From the NCBI GenBank assembly GCA_964495825.1, contig CAZBWI010000041.1, positions 1 to 49,339 of the forward strand: 49,339 nt of DNA, in the 5' to 3' direction. A program made the translations under genes and the position numbers. This document shows, piece after piece, positions 11,826 to 22,074 of this stretch. Numbering within the stretch: the stretch's first letter is position 1; each line of letters starts with the position of its first letter. The DNA comes from an uncultured Candidatus Peribacteria bacterium. Its GTDB lineage: Bacteria > Patescibacteriota > Gracilibacteria > Absconditabacterales > Absconditicoccaceae. Under the pieces are notes generated by a model. It was given only the letters and a program-made list of their open reading frames with translations, made no database searches and was not told where the DNA came from.

Positions 11826-11893
11826 ATGAACGATTACGGATTAACGGATTGCGGATTTTTGGTATGTAATTCGTAATTCGAAATTCGTAATTG
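11826..11893. repeat. short-word imperfect palindromic element (recX-yebC spacer)
   Basis: Left arm cgattacggatt-aacggatt-gcggatt, right arm aattcgt-aattcga-aattcgt-aatt. acggatt pairs with aattcgt with one G-T on the + strand. Confidence 0.6.
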
Positions 11894-11906
11894 AGAAATT
11901 GTTTGA

Positions 11907-12338
11907 TTATCTATTCTCGATGACTCTTTTTATGTCAGCCAACTTGTATCATTTCCTGAGTAACTTCTGGATGATATCAAACCCATCTATGTTTTTCTTC
12001 TTATATGCTGCTATTTCTCTTTTGATAGTGCTATAGATACCATCATTCATTGCCTCTTCATATTTCTTGATTACCTCTTTGAGGATATCAGGAGGGATAC
12101 CTTTCTGCTGAAGTTTTTGGATGATTCTGATTGCTGGTTTTCCTTTATTTACTACTTCACTCCTGATATAGCTTTCTGCGAACATCTCATCATTTACATA
12201 ATTCTTTTTTTTTAATTCGGCTATCGTAGCATCTACATCACTGGTTGGATATCATTTCATATACAACTGAATCCTCAACTCTTTTTCAGTCTTTGGGAAA
12301 CGGTGAATGTACTTTAATGCATAATCAAGACACTGCAT
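11907..12338 (-). CDS. recX: RecX-like regulatory protein
   Basis: 143 aa. Track ORF 11949..12185 extends at both ends through TGA. The helical-repeat sequence (..DEMFAESYIRSEVVNKGKPAIRIIQKLQQKGIPPDILKEVIKKYEE..) resembles RecX. Confidence 0.65.
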
Positions 12339-12441
12339 ACCCTTATATTTCAATTAAAAGACAGTAAGATTTTAGATGAAAAGATTTAATACTCAGTGAC
12401 TATGTGACGAATTTTTTTTATCTTTCTTCTTTAAATTTTTT

Positions 12442-13062
12442 TTACTTTTTAAGTGCAAAACGTATGTTGGTTTCATTATTCGTAAATAATGCATCGATAT
12501 CGCCTTGAGGATGTTCCATCGAAACAAATTCAGAGATCAACGCTTCCTGCTTGAAGAACTTCTCGAATTCGATCATGATATTTTTTAGATATTCATCAGT
12601 GGTAAAATAAAATGCTTTCACTTTATCGTCTACATTATAATCAGCATCTTTTCTCATCTGGTTCAAAAATCTAGAGATTTCGCGAGCAACCCCTTCTCTT
12701 TGGAGCTCAGGTGTCAATTCCAGATCGAGCTTTGCTATGATATTTTGATCGACAGCCATATTATCTCATTCCAAACCTTCATACGCGATTTCATATTCAC
12801 CAAGTTCTAGTGTCCATTCATTGCCTTCATGATCAAATATTACAATCTTACCGTCGCCAATATCCTTGATATTACCTTGTTTTCCATATTGGATAATCTT
12901 ACCCGTATCTTTACCAAATTTTGCACTCAATTGTGATCCTATTGGCTTAAATATCTTAGTAATCTTCATAGATTCATCGAGTTTTTCGATATTTTTTACA
13001 TTAACCTCTTCCTTGATAATTTCTGCATATTTTTTCAAAAGATCCTGTGCTACTATGGTCAT
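12442..13062 (-). CDS. stand-alone IleRS C-terminal-domain-like protein
   Basis: 206 aa from ATG 13060-13062. LLKKYAEIIKEEVNVKNI.. and ..LDLELTPELQREGVAREISRFLNQMRKDADYNVDDKV match the extreme C-terminus of type-2 isoleucyl-tRNA synthetases. No catalytic or anticodon-binding part lies upstream; folA diverges at 13241. Confidence 0.6.
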
Positions 13063-13240
13063 TGATATTCTCAAAAATAATAAAAAATGGCTTACAATAT
13101 ATAGTAATATATGCCAAAAAAGCAATCTGAAAATGATATGATAAAAGACATTACGATTGCAAATCAAAAGATTTTGTCTAATAATTATATGATTACTAAT
13201 CTTTTGATATTTCTTCTTTACATTTTGTAATCAGTGAAGC

Positions 13241-13705
13241 ATGATTATCAATATGATCGCTGCGATGGCGTCAAATAGAATCATTGGCAATAAAAATCAA
13301 CTGCCACGACACTACTCGCAGGACCTTCAGCATTTCAAAAAAGTGACATCCGGACATATTGTCGTTATGGGATACAATACCTTTTTGTCAATCGGAAAAC
13401 CACTTTCCAATAGGAGAAATATCATCCTTTCCACGAAACCAGTCGAAGGGATGGAACGATATTCAAATATTGAAGAGATGATGAAACAATTAACATCAGA
13501 AAACGTAGATCAGATTTTCATCATTTGATGAGCAAGTATCTATCGCCAATTTCTCCCAATAACGGACGTCATTTACCTCACAGAAATCAAAAAAGCTTAT
13601 GAGTGAGATACAAGCTTTCCAGAATTTGAACATGAATTTGCTGAGATAGAAAGAATTTCTGATCAATCTTGAGAAATGGATTTCGTCGTGTACAAAAGAA
13701 AATAA
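13241..13705 (+). CDS. folA: dihydrofolate reductase
   Basis: 154 aa. IAAMASNRIIGNKNQLP-CGA-HYSQDLQHFKK (LPW motif), VVMGYNTF, IFII-TGA-TGA-ASIY (GG motif). TAA at 13703-13705. Confidence 0.9.
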
Positions 13706-13709
13706 TAGT

Positions 13710-14525
13710 CTAAAATAATGGTGTAGAGTGATTTTTTTGTCTTATAGTCTCTTTTCTGATGAATTGAGGATATTCTGTATTGTAGAGATAGAAGATGATA
13801 TTCGGATATTTGTATGCTAATTTTTCCAATATCAATTGAGTGATTGCTTCGACATTTTTTTTGCTATCATCACTGAAACCTATCGTGATATGTCTGTTTT
13901 TCATAAATGGTCTGCCGTAGTATCCTTCATAGGTGTGGATAGTTTGTTTGATAGTCTTTTCAAATGCTGCAGCTTTTTTTTCATGTGGCGATTTTTTGCC
14001 TCGTTTGAAACGTTTGATTGTTTCAGGATCTGCACATGGTATATAGAGATTGTTTTTGAGATACTGTTCGATAAGCATCTCATAATGTCTAGATGGAGAG
14101 CGCATATGATTGGCTATATTGTAGGCAAACTCTTCTCTCTCTGCTTCCGTCAAGATTTCATAGATAATAGCTTTGTGGAGTTTCCTAAATTCTTCCATAG
14201 GATTCCCACGAGCAGTGATGATATGAGTCGGAGATGCTTCTATAGTTGCCGTCTTGAATTTTTCTCGGCTCGGTCAAAATGCCTTATCTGACAGCGCATC
14301 AAAGACATCTTTGATGAGTTTTCCGCTTCCTCTGAATTGTCTAAAAGAATGATCCGGGTTGTCATGAAGTTTGACGTTCTCTTTGTCAGTTAATTTTTTT
14401 TCAAAATCGCTATTGGGAACAGCTTCTTCTTTTCGACTTCCATCAGGTTGCTTTATAAGAAGATAGATAGGAGTCTTGGTGTTTACAATGTTTTGATCGA
14501 GATCAAAAACATAGGATTTGAGCAT
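13710..14525 (-). CDS. HAD-superfamily-like hydrolase
   Basis: 271 aa. Track ORFs 13710..14198 and 14274..14525 are joined by TGA. Has FDLDQN (motif I-like), IITARG and GFSDD. The family assignment is tentative. Confidence 0.5.
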
Positions 14526-14549
14526 AGTATGGTTTCAATGATAAAAAAA

Positions 14550-14738
14550 TTAGCGTTTGATGTGAGTATAGATACCTGTGGTATATTCATTGTTTTCAGA
14601 GATAATACTGTCAGAAGATTTTTCGATACTTTCAAAAAGCTCGTCAAGTTCCTCACGTATATCATCGTGATTTTCTAGAGGAATATCCAGAGGAGTTTTC
14701 ATGGGAGAGAATAATAAGTGAAGTAAAATATTATCCAA
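14550..14738 (-). CDS. small acidic protein (50-62 aa)
   Basis: Track ORF with a true TAA stop. No recognisable motif. Start is either 14738 or 14702. Confidence 0.3.
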   Translation of the reverse strand: MDNILLHLLFSPMKTPLDIPLENHDDIREELDELFESIEKSSDSIISENNEYTTGIYTHIKR

Positions 14739-14848
14739 TATTTCTTGATAGAAGAGGTTGTTTAATGACTATATATTTGAAAAATATTATAATATAAAAA
14801 AATGAAGTTAATATCTTATAGATATTTAATATAAAATGTCAACAATAA

Positions 14849-15574
14849 TTAGAGCTGAACATATTTCAGGATTTCTTGTTTATCTTTATACGTATTATGC
14901 AATTCTTCCCAGTTCGGAAGTTGGTCGATGCCGATGTCACCGATCCTAGTCCTTCTGAGTTGGATAAGGGTTCATCCTAGTCCGAGTTCTTTACCGAGCC
15001 GATAGGCTATTGATCTGATATAGGTTCATGATCCGACATCTATTTTCACCTGCAATAATGGAAAATTATAGTTTATTATTTCATAGCTATTCGTCTTCAT
15101 GACTTTATTTTCTTCGATGATATTCCCAGTTCTTGCATCATGATACGATCTTTTCCCTGCTCTTTTTTTGGCACTGAATGCAGGCAAGGGCAATTCATAT
15201 TCCGGGATCAATTTCTGCAGTTTTCTCTCTATTTCGTTTAATGTCGGTGCTTCGACGGTACCATTTTCCATCTCCAATCCAATTTTTTTCCCATCCTTAA
15301 TCCTTAATTCATAATTCTTAATGTCTTTTCGTATCTCCATATCCCATGTGTCCGTTGATTTTGAAAAATCTATTGTCGCGATATAGGATTTGTCCTTTCC
15401 GATAATTTCGGTAAGATGTTTAGTGTCATCATCCAATGCCAAAATCATGAGTCCTGTAGCCATAGGATCGAGCGTTCATCCATGTCCTATCTTTTTGTGC
15501 GGGAAGTACTTCCTAAAAATACGGATCACGTCAAAACTAGTAATTCGTGCTGGTTTATCGACCGCGAGAAACAT
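14849..15574 (-). CDS. truB: tRNA pseudouridine(55) synthase
   Basis: 241 aa. VDKPA.ITSFDVIRIFRK..IGH-G-TLDPMATGLMILAL and DVGS-G-TYIRSIA. Extends track ORF 15026..15463 both ways. Frame scanned. Confidence 0.9.
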
Positions 15575-15660
15575 AAAAAACTCATAAATAATTAAAAATT
15601 GAGCATAGATAATATTGGAATTGGTCTTTATAGACTATTGTTGTATAGTAATAATTTATG

Positions 15661-15725
15661 GGTTTGCAATTCAATCACCATTCACCCTTTATCCTTCACC
15701 ATTCATCATCCATCAATCATCAAAT
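15661..15725. repeat. G-free tandem-word tract in a divergent promoter region
   Basis: caattcaatCACCATTCAccctttatcctTCACCATTCAtcatccatcaatcatc. Confidence 0.5.
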
Positions 15726-15793
15726 TTTAGTTGATTTTATCTACCAAACCGCTATTAATAAAATGATTTTTTTATCCTATTCAAACAGAAAAC

Positions 15794-16183
15794 ATGAAAA
15801 AAACATATCTCGTCATATGTATGTTCAGTGCTGTTGTTTTGGCAGGATGTTCGCTTAAAGTTCAAAAAACAGTCGACACACCTATGGAAAAAGAAGAAAA
15901 GGTGACCACTATAGAAGAAAAGGTAAACGGAGAAGAAACAGAAAATGTTGTTAATACAGGGAATGTTGTTGATATAAAAGAATTGACAGGAACAGGAGAT
16001 TCAGGAGAAGTTTCTGCTATCGAAGGAAGTGAACATGTGAACGTAAACGAAGGATTATCTACTGAAGTAGAGAAAATTATAGAGGAAAGGAATACGCAAC
16101 CAAAAGACGAGAGTAAACTTACCGAAGAGGATATTGATCTGATTCAGCAGATCATAGACAAAATAGAATCTATGAAAAAATAA
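15794..16183 (+). CDS. acidic lipoprotein (129 aa)
   Basis: Signal peptide with lipobox VVLAGC, followed by an E/T/V-rich mature part. TAA stop. Confidence 0.75.
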   Translation: MKKTYLVICMFSAVVLAGCSLKVQKTVDTPMEKEEKVTTIEEKVNGEETENVVNTGNVVDIKELTGTGDSGEVSAIEGSEHVNVNEGLSTEVEKIIEERNTQPKDESKLTEEDIDLIQQIIDKIESMKK

Positions 16184-16343
16184 AACAATTAGTAGTTAAC
16201 ACCATTCTTAGAATAATATGGTATGCGTATATACACTCTATTGTTGTATGATTACTTACTTAGGTAAGAAACACTAATTGCATGCCAAAGATGTACATCA
16301 CGGGAGGGATCTAGACGATTATTTAGCTCATCAGTCATACTTC

Positions 16344-16637
16344 ATGAATACATTCTTTGAAATAATTAAGTGAATATTCTTTTTTCTTACTGTAGTTGTA
16401 GGATTGTTTTTGTTGAGAGGAAATGTAATTTTTGGACCAGAGTACCAGATGCTAATCAAGCAGATGCTCATGCCAGGATATCTCGTTTTCTGCTGAACTA
16501 TGTTTGGGTACATCGTAGCACGCATTCAGCTTGGATACGAAGATGACCATCCACACAAAAATAGAATCTATATCAGATCATTTATCTTTGGTGTGCTTTT
16601 GTGAATTGTGCTCGCCGTTGTTTATATATTTATCTAA
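16344..16637 (+). CDS. small membrane protein (97 aa)
   Basis: ATG 16344 to TAA 16635-16637 with three in-frame TGAs. Three hydrophobic helices. It replaces the antisense track ORF 16331..16525. Confidence 0.55.
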
Positions 16638-16676
16638 GACGAGAAGATAGACTTTAGACCTTAGCATGTAGACCTT

Positions 16677-17219
16677 ATGAAAAAACAATATATACTGATT
16701 TTACTATGCATGATATTGTTTCTCGCTGGATGTGGCTCCAAATGATCTTTTTCGATACCATTTGATAAATTTACTATGATATTCTATAATAATACTACGC
16801 AATATATCGATGTCCAACCAGATACTGTCAGTCCCGGGATGAAAATTCTCAAAGAATACAAGGAAAATACACCAAAAGATTTCACGTGATTTATCAATTC
16901 ATTGCTTATCATCAAGATACCGATACAAACAGGATTTGATATACAAGAAATGGTAGCCAGCAATACCAAAAATCTCCAACTCAAACTCCTTAAATTCAAA
17001 TCTACCGACAATGAAATGAGGAAGGTGAAATGTGGTGATCTACAATATTCTTGATATATTACGGCTTTTTCTTACCAATTAGATACAGGAAATATTTACG
17101 GTGGACAATATTTCTTGATGGATGAGGAAGTATTGTATCTTATCTCACTACACAGTGAAAACAGCAGTGATATACAAAACTTCATCAAAAGCATAAAGAC
17201 CATAAAATGTATCAAATAA
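16677..17219 (+). CDS. lipoprotein (180 aa)
   Basis: MKKQYILILLCMILFLAGC lipobox. Three in-frame TGAs. TAA at 17217-17219. Confidence 0.7.
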
Positions 17220-17245
17220 TCTTTTAATTTTTCACATCTTATTTC

Positions 17246-18019
17246 ATGGCATCTCAAGATTTCTTCAACGAGCCAAGTAATCTCAGCTGATGGCAATTAG
17301 TAGGCAAGGTAAGTATCGGTATCCTCATTGGAGGTATGATAGCCGCATTACTTTTTGTGATTCTTTCCTTTATGGGGGGTATGTTCACGAGCGCTTTCGG
17401 TCAACAGGCTGGTACCACTATCAATCCTATGCTTTCATTGATCTTGCTGTTTATCGGATTCCTCAGTACATTTATAGGCAATATTGCAATAGGTGGACTC
17501 TATAGCTTATTCTACAACAGGAAATATTACAATACCAACAAGATGTTTGGACTTTTATTTCTGACCAATGGAATATTGTTCTTCTTCCTTGCGCCTATCT
17601 ATATCGTGTTTGCAAGTCAGATAGATATATTGTTTCTGATCCTAGGATTTCATGTATTATTCTCTGTATTCGCATCAGCAGCTCAGATAGAATTTTCTAC
17701 TAATCCCAACTATTCCGCTTCATCATTCATGGGGACAGTATTAGGTTTTGTACTTTCATTTCTCGCATACGCATTGGTCTACAAAATGTCCGGTTCTGCA
17801 GAAGTTCAGCAGAGGATCTATCTCTTCATGCTTTTGCCTCCTATACTCGGATATGGTATCATTCCATTCGGTGCAGGTATACGGGAAAAAATCTACTATA
17901 AATTCTACGAATTAGGTAATAATGGATTCTATATACCTTCCGTCACAGAAACTGATGAAGAGGAAATAGAAAATACTGATACCAAAGACGGTTCTGAGGA
18001 GGTGAATGTAGAAGGATAA
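17246..18019 (+). CDS. polytopic membrane protein with acidic C-tail (257 aa)
   Basis: Track ORF 17336..18019 extends to ATG 17246 through one TGA. Five to six hydrophobic segments. Confidence 0.75.
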
Positions 18020-18054
18020 TCTGATAAACATTTATCATTACTTAAGATATATTC

Positions 18055-18447
18055 ATGTATCTTTATCACATAGCTTCGCTCATCAAACTAGTACTCGGAG
18101 CACTTATTCTCTTGATTACCTATACATCCATCAATGTCTATGAGGATCCTGTGATAGGCATAGCGCTTGGTGTTGTGTGAATTTTTATCGTAGCACGAGG
18201 AGCAAGTTTTTATCTATTCCTTGGTATCCAAAAGCGATTTCGTGAAATCTCTCAAACCCGTCTCATCAAAGATAGTTACAAGCTTTCATTACTTTTCGGA
18301 ATCTATGTGTTATTCAATGTTTTATTTTTGCTTCTTGGGCATTGGACAAAATTTCTCGGAATCATTTTGCTCGTAGGATTCATCATCTTGCAGGTGGCTT
18401 TATTCTCTGAACAAAAGAAGACAACCAATGAATTCCCAAATATCTAA
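18055..18447 (+). CDS. membrane protein (130 aa)
   Basis: ATG 18055 to TAA 18445-18447, with one TGA and two CGA. Four hydrophobic helices. Overlaps the next start by 20 nt. Confidence 0.65.
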
Positions 18448-18748
18448 TACTATCAAAAAGATCGAAGATAAACTCAAGACAGTGTATGATCCTGAGTTTC
18501 CTATGATCGATATGTATACCTTGTGATTGTTTTACAAGATAGATATTGATGAACATAAAAAAATAGTAACCATTCTCATGACATTTACGACACCATTTTG
18601 TCCCATGGCAGATTATATCAAAGAAATGGTCAGAAATGCTGTTTTGGAAGTTATTCCTACATTTACTATCGAAATCGAAGTAACTTTCGAACCGCCACGG
18701 AATCAGAGTATGATCAAGGATCCTGATCTCCAAAGGATGTTCCAATAA
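18428..18748 (+). CDS. DUF59/MIP18-family Fe-S assembly protein (SufT-like)
   Basis: 106 aa. VYDPEFPMIDMYTL-G-L, TFTTPFCPMADYI, VTFEPP-CGG (PPW motif). Confidence 0.8.
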
Positions 18749-18819
18749 TATTTTCCAATGAAATATAATTTTTACCTCATGCAAATCATTATTTCATTTT
18801 AACTTTTTATTAGGTCTCG

Positions 18820-18851
18820 AAAAAAACCTGGCCATGCACGCAGGTTTTTTT
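18820..18851. terminator. bidirectional rho-independent terminator
   Basis: aaaaaaacctg-gccatgcacg-caggttttttt between convergent genes. Confidence 0.7.
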
Positions 18852-18884
18852 GTTTACTTTATTTCCAGTTCTCTGCTGGAGTGA

Positions 18885-19121
18885 TTATTTCACAGATGAT
18901 GTCTGCATATTTCCTGTCTCATTGATATTGAACCCTTGTTTCATGATATTGCCTCTTTTTTGAAAGTCATGCTGCATCATTCTTGCATTGTCCATCATAT
19001 CCATCCTGTCTCTTCTACATCCGTGTCCGTTATCGGCAACTCCTACTATTCAAAGAATGAGTGCGGCGACACTGATGATTCCGATGATAGATAAAGCGAT
19101 GTGTTCTTTGGTAAGTGTCAT
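18885..19121 (-). CDS. small membrane-anchored Met/His-rich protein (78 aa)
   Basis: ATG 19119-19121 to TAA 18885-18887 with one TGA. One TM, then ..NGHGCRRDRMDMMDNARMMQHD... Confidence 0.5.
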
Positions 19122-19176
19122 GAGTGATACGAAAAGGTAATAAAATGTCATTTGACAGAAACGAATATATGTATGT

Positions 19177-19200
19177 ACCTTAAATAAATCTTAAATAAAA
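19177..19200 (-). promoter_or_regulatory. direct-repeat operator candidate (site A)
   Basis: Minus strand reads TTATTTAAG-a-TTTATTTAAG-GTA, with half-sites 11 bp apart, about 56 nt upstream of the ATG at 19121. Confidence 0.4.
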
Positions 19201-19226
19201 AACCCGGCCATGCATCCGGGTCTTTT
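19197..19226 (-). terminator. rho-independent terminator after the 19249..19821 gene
   Basis: acccgg-ccatgcat-ccgggt, then a T-run on the minus strand. The stem and loop closely resemble the terminator at 18820-18851. Confidence 0.7.
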
Positions 19227-19248
19227 CTGTATCTGCGAGATATTATTT

Positions 19249-19821
19249 CTATTGTTGCTGGTTATTTCAACTCGTTCTTTTTATACCCATTCCGCGTCAT
19301 TCTCCTTTCATTCATCTTCATATACCTATTCATATTCATTTTGGTCATGGTAATCCAAGCTCTTCAGCTATTGTTCTAGCTTTTTCTTGATAGGCATGCA
19401 TTTCTTGCAATCTTTTGAATTTAGCTTCTGTAGTGATAGTTTCCAAAATAGGATTGCCTGTGTTTAATGACTTTCGTGTGGTATAATCACCATTTTCCAA
19501 TGCAGTCTTGATTTTTTCTTGATTTGTTCTTCTCTCAATAATGGCAGTAAAGTCATCTTGAGTAGGGATGTTGCTTATGCCGTACTTAGTATGAGCATCT
19601 TTGAATGCAGTATAATCTTTTTTTTCGATTGCTGATTCTACAGCAGTTCTAAATGATTGTACTTCTTCACGATTGGTAAATGAAGCCATGATTTTTTGAC
19701 CTGATCATGTGCTATGAAGTCTTGGTAACAAAGTGTTGTCTGCAAGTGTTGCTGCACCAAGGATCATGCTAGATGCTCAGAGTAATCATACAGCGCTTGC
19801 TACAATAGTTTTTCTTTTCAT
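19249..19821 (-). CDS. secreted helical protein with Gly/Met-rich C-terminal tail (190 aa; Spy/ZraP-like architecture)
   Basis: Signal peptide MKRKTIVASAV-G-LL-G-ASSMILGAATLA. Track ORF 19345..19689 continues through TGA into ..ELGLP-GPKGIGIGIGRGMKGEGRGMGIKRTSGNNQQQ, ending at TAG 19249-19251. Confidence 0.7.
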
Positions 19822-19880
19822 GTTGTGTTGATAAGAAAGTAAAAGTTGTCTGTCATGACAGCCTTAGTATAGTGATGGAG

Positions 19881-19920
19881 CTTAAAAGAACCTAAAAGAT
19901 TACCTTAAACAGAAATTAAT
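19881..19920 (-). promoter_or_regulatory. direct-repeat operator candidate (site C, 3-4 half-sites)
   Basis: + strand reads CTTAAAagaaCCTAAAagatTACCTTAAAcagaaATTAAT, about 60 nt upstream of the ATG at 19821. Confidence 0.35.
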
Positions 19921-20025
19921 CTTACATACTAAGTGTGAAGCACTAAATATATGTAGTCTTTTTGGTATAGACTTATAGCTCGTTTAAAGACAAAGCTTTT
20001 ATTTTACACTTAGCACTATAAATAT

Positions 20026-20679
20026 TTATTTAGTAATTTGGTATCCGAAGCCTTTTATTGTCTCTATGATTGTTTTACCTAATTTTTTTCTGAGATTGGA
20101 TATATACACATCGAGCTTTGCATCTTCTTCGAAAACTTGATCATTCCCTCGTACTTCTTCTATGATTTCCGTTCTGGAAATGCTTCTTCCTTTTCTTTCC
20201 ATAAGATATTCCAATATCTGAAATTCCTTCAAAGTCAGCTTGATATCCTTGGATCACTTCATCACTTTTTTTTGATCCTTATACAGGCGAATTGATTTGT
20301 ATTCTAAAATATTTTTAGGAGTAGTTCTTTTGGTGATAGATTGGATTCTAGCATCCAACTCTTTGAGATCGAATGGTTTAACAAGATAATCATCTGCACC
20401 AGATTCAAATCATTCGAGTTTATCCTCTAGTTGTCCTTTTGCTGTTGTCATGATAATAGGAATATCAGGTTGTTGTTTTCTTATATGCTTACAGAGTGTT
20501 ATTCCATCCATTCCCGGCAGCATCAGATCAAGTACGACAACATCAAAATCTTGATGTTTGGTGACTTCTAATGCATATAAGCCGTTTTCTGCTCGTACGA
20601 CTGAATGATTTTCCAGTTCGAGATATTTTTTGATATTGTTGCCTATAGTTTTATTATCTTCTACGACCAGGATACGCAT
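20026..20679 (-). CDS. OmpR/PhoB-family response regulator
   Basis: 217 aa. Receiver domain MRILVVEDN..DVVVLDLMLPGMDG plus a winged helix LTLKEFQILEYLM..EEV-CGA-GND..LDVYISNLRKKL. Three track ORF fragments are joined by TGA. Confidence 0.92.
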
Positions 20680-20713
20680 GATACAACGATTACGCGATAA
20701 AATATTGAAATGA

Positions 20714-21946
20714 TTAGAATGTTATCGTACAGGTAGTTCATATATTCACCTTGCTTCTCATAACTATTTTCCAGCCTTGTTTTTCTACAAGTAATTTTAC
20801 TAAGTATAATCATAATCAGAAACTTTTGGTATCGGTTTTTGATCTATCAGCTTGTCGAAATCTTTCCCGGATATGCTCAAGATCTTTTGGGGCTATTCAT
20901 TTTCCCGTATCTTTGATGACAAGTTTTTTGCTATCCAAACTTACCTCTATAGTTCATCCTTCTGGCGTGAATTTATATGAATTTTCGAGGATATTTTTGA
21001 TGATGATATTTCGGCTGTCTTTATGGACTTTTTGATAAACGTTTTTTTGTATATGTATAGTGAGTGTGATATTCTTTCCCTGATAGATTTTCTGCACATC
21101 ATGCACAACATTCTCGGTAAGCGTACTAATATTCAATTGCTCTTTCTTCAATGAGTTCAAGGATTCAAGCTTGCTTATAGTAACTAGTGTTTCCAAAAGG
21201 CTATTCATTCCCTTGAGCTGTTGTTTCAGGTTATCTAATCCTTGTTCATATTCTTTGGTCTTCAATGCATAATCAATCTCTGTACTCATACTCATGAGAG
21301 GTGTTTTTAATTCGTGTGATGCGTTGGTGACAAAATCCTTGAGACTCATTGTTTGCGTATGAATTTTTTCTAGAGCTTCATTAAACTTCTCGCTGACTCT
21401 GTTGATTTCATCATCAGGATGTCCCTCAATCTCGATCTTTTTATCTAGATTATCGATATGCAAAGTATCTAAGAATCAGAGGAGCGTATGTAGTTTTTTC
21501 AATGAGGTTTTGACGAAAAAAAGTGATAGGATATAAGCGATGATTCAGAAGAGGATTATTAGATAGAAACTTATTCGGATGAGGTTTTTTTGTACGGTCA
21601 TATGTTGCGTGACATTTATTACAAGCAATTGATTATTCACCTGTTTATACATGAAATACATATCATCAATTTCTGCGATATCTTTTCGTCGATGGAATTG
21701 GAGAATTGTTTGTGCTTCAGGACTATTGATATTAAATATCTCCATTTCCGGTATTCTATTTTTTCCTAGTACTATTTTTTTGTTTGGTATTGGTCTCGGT
21801 CATTGAAGAATCTGTAATTGTTGTCTATTGTACCAACTCTGAAAAAAAATTACATTGGCCAGGAGACTGAACAACAAAACTTGGAATATTGTGAAAAGCA
21901 TAAATTTGATGCTTATCTGTGTTGATGTTTTTAGGTTATTGAACAT
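20714..21946 (-). CDS. sensor histidine kinase
   Basis: 410 aa. Two N-terminal TM segments, H-box FVTNASHELKTPL, N-box IIKNILENSYKFTPEG-G, G-boxes VIKDTGK-G-I and SF-G-L-G-LYLVK. Frame scanned. Confidence 0.9.
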
Positions 21947-21980
21947 GGCTATATGAATTACACAAGCAAAGATATATATA

Positions 21981-22003
21981 TACCTTAAATAAACATTAAA
22001 TTC
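21981..22003 (-). promoter_or_regulatory. direct-repeat operator candidate (site B, upstream of the kinase-regulator operon)
   Basis: Minus strand reads aATTTAATg-TTTATTTAAG-GTA, with half-sites 11 bp apart, about 35 nt upstream of the ATG at 21946. Confidence 0.4.
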
Positions 22004-22013
22004 TAAAATACCA

Positions 22014-22040
22014 GGAAAAAAATCCGCTAAAAGCGGATGT
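22014..22040 (-). terminator. rho-independent terminator after the 22075..23193 gene
   Basis: atccgc-taaaa-gcggat (22022-22038), followed on the minus strand by a T-run. Confidence 0.6.
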
Positions 22041-22074
22041 TGTTACATGAGGTATGATATGAGTAATGAAATTT

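Noticed and set aside
13063-13167. N-terminal extension of the IleRS-like ORF (track start at 13167).
   Set aside because: The extension (MICNRNVFYHIIFRLLFWHILLYIV..) has no IleRS similarity and overlaps AT-rich promoter-like sequence. The internal ATG at 13062 coincides with the domain boundary.
15661-15725. Tandem short repeats as a possible CRISPR array (also at 11826-11893 and 37321-37434).
   Set aside because: The repeat units are 7-10 nt with no unique spacers of regular length, and there are no cas genes. They are word repeats or palindromes, not CRISPR.
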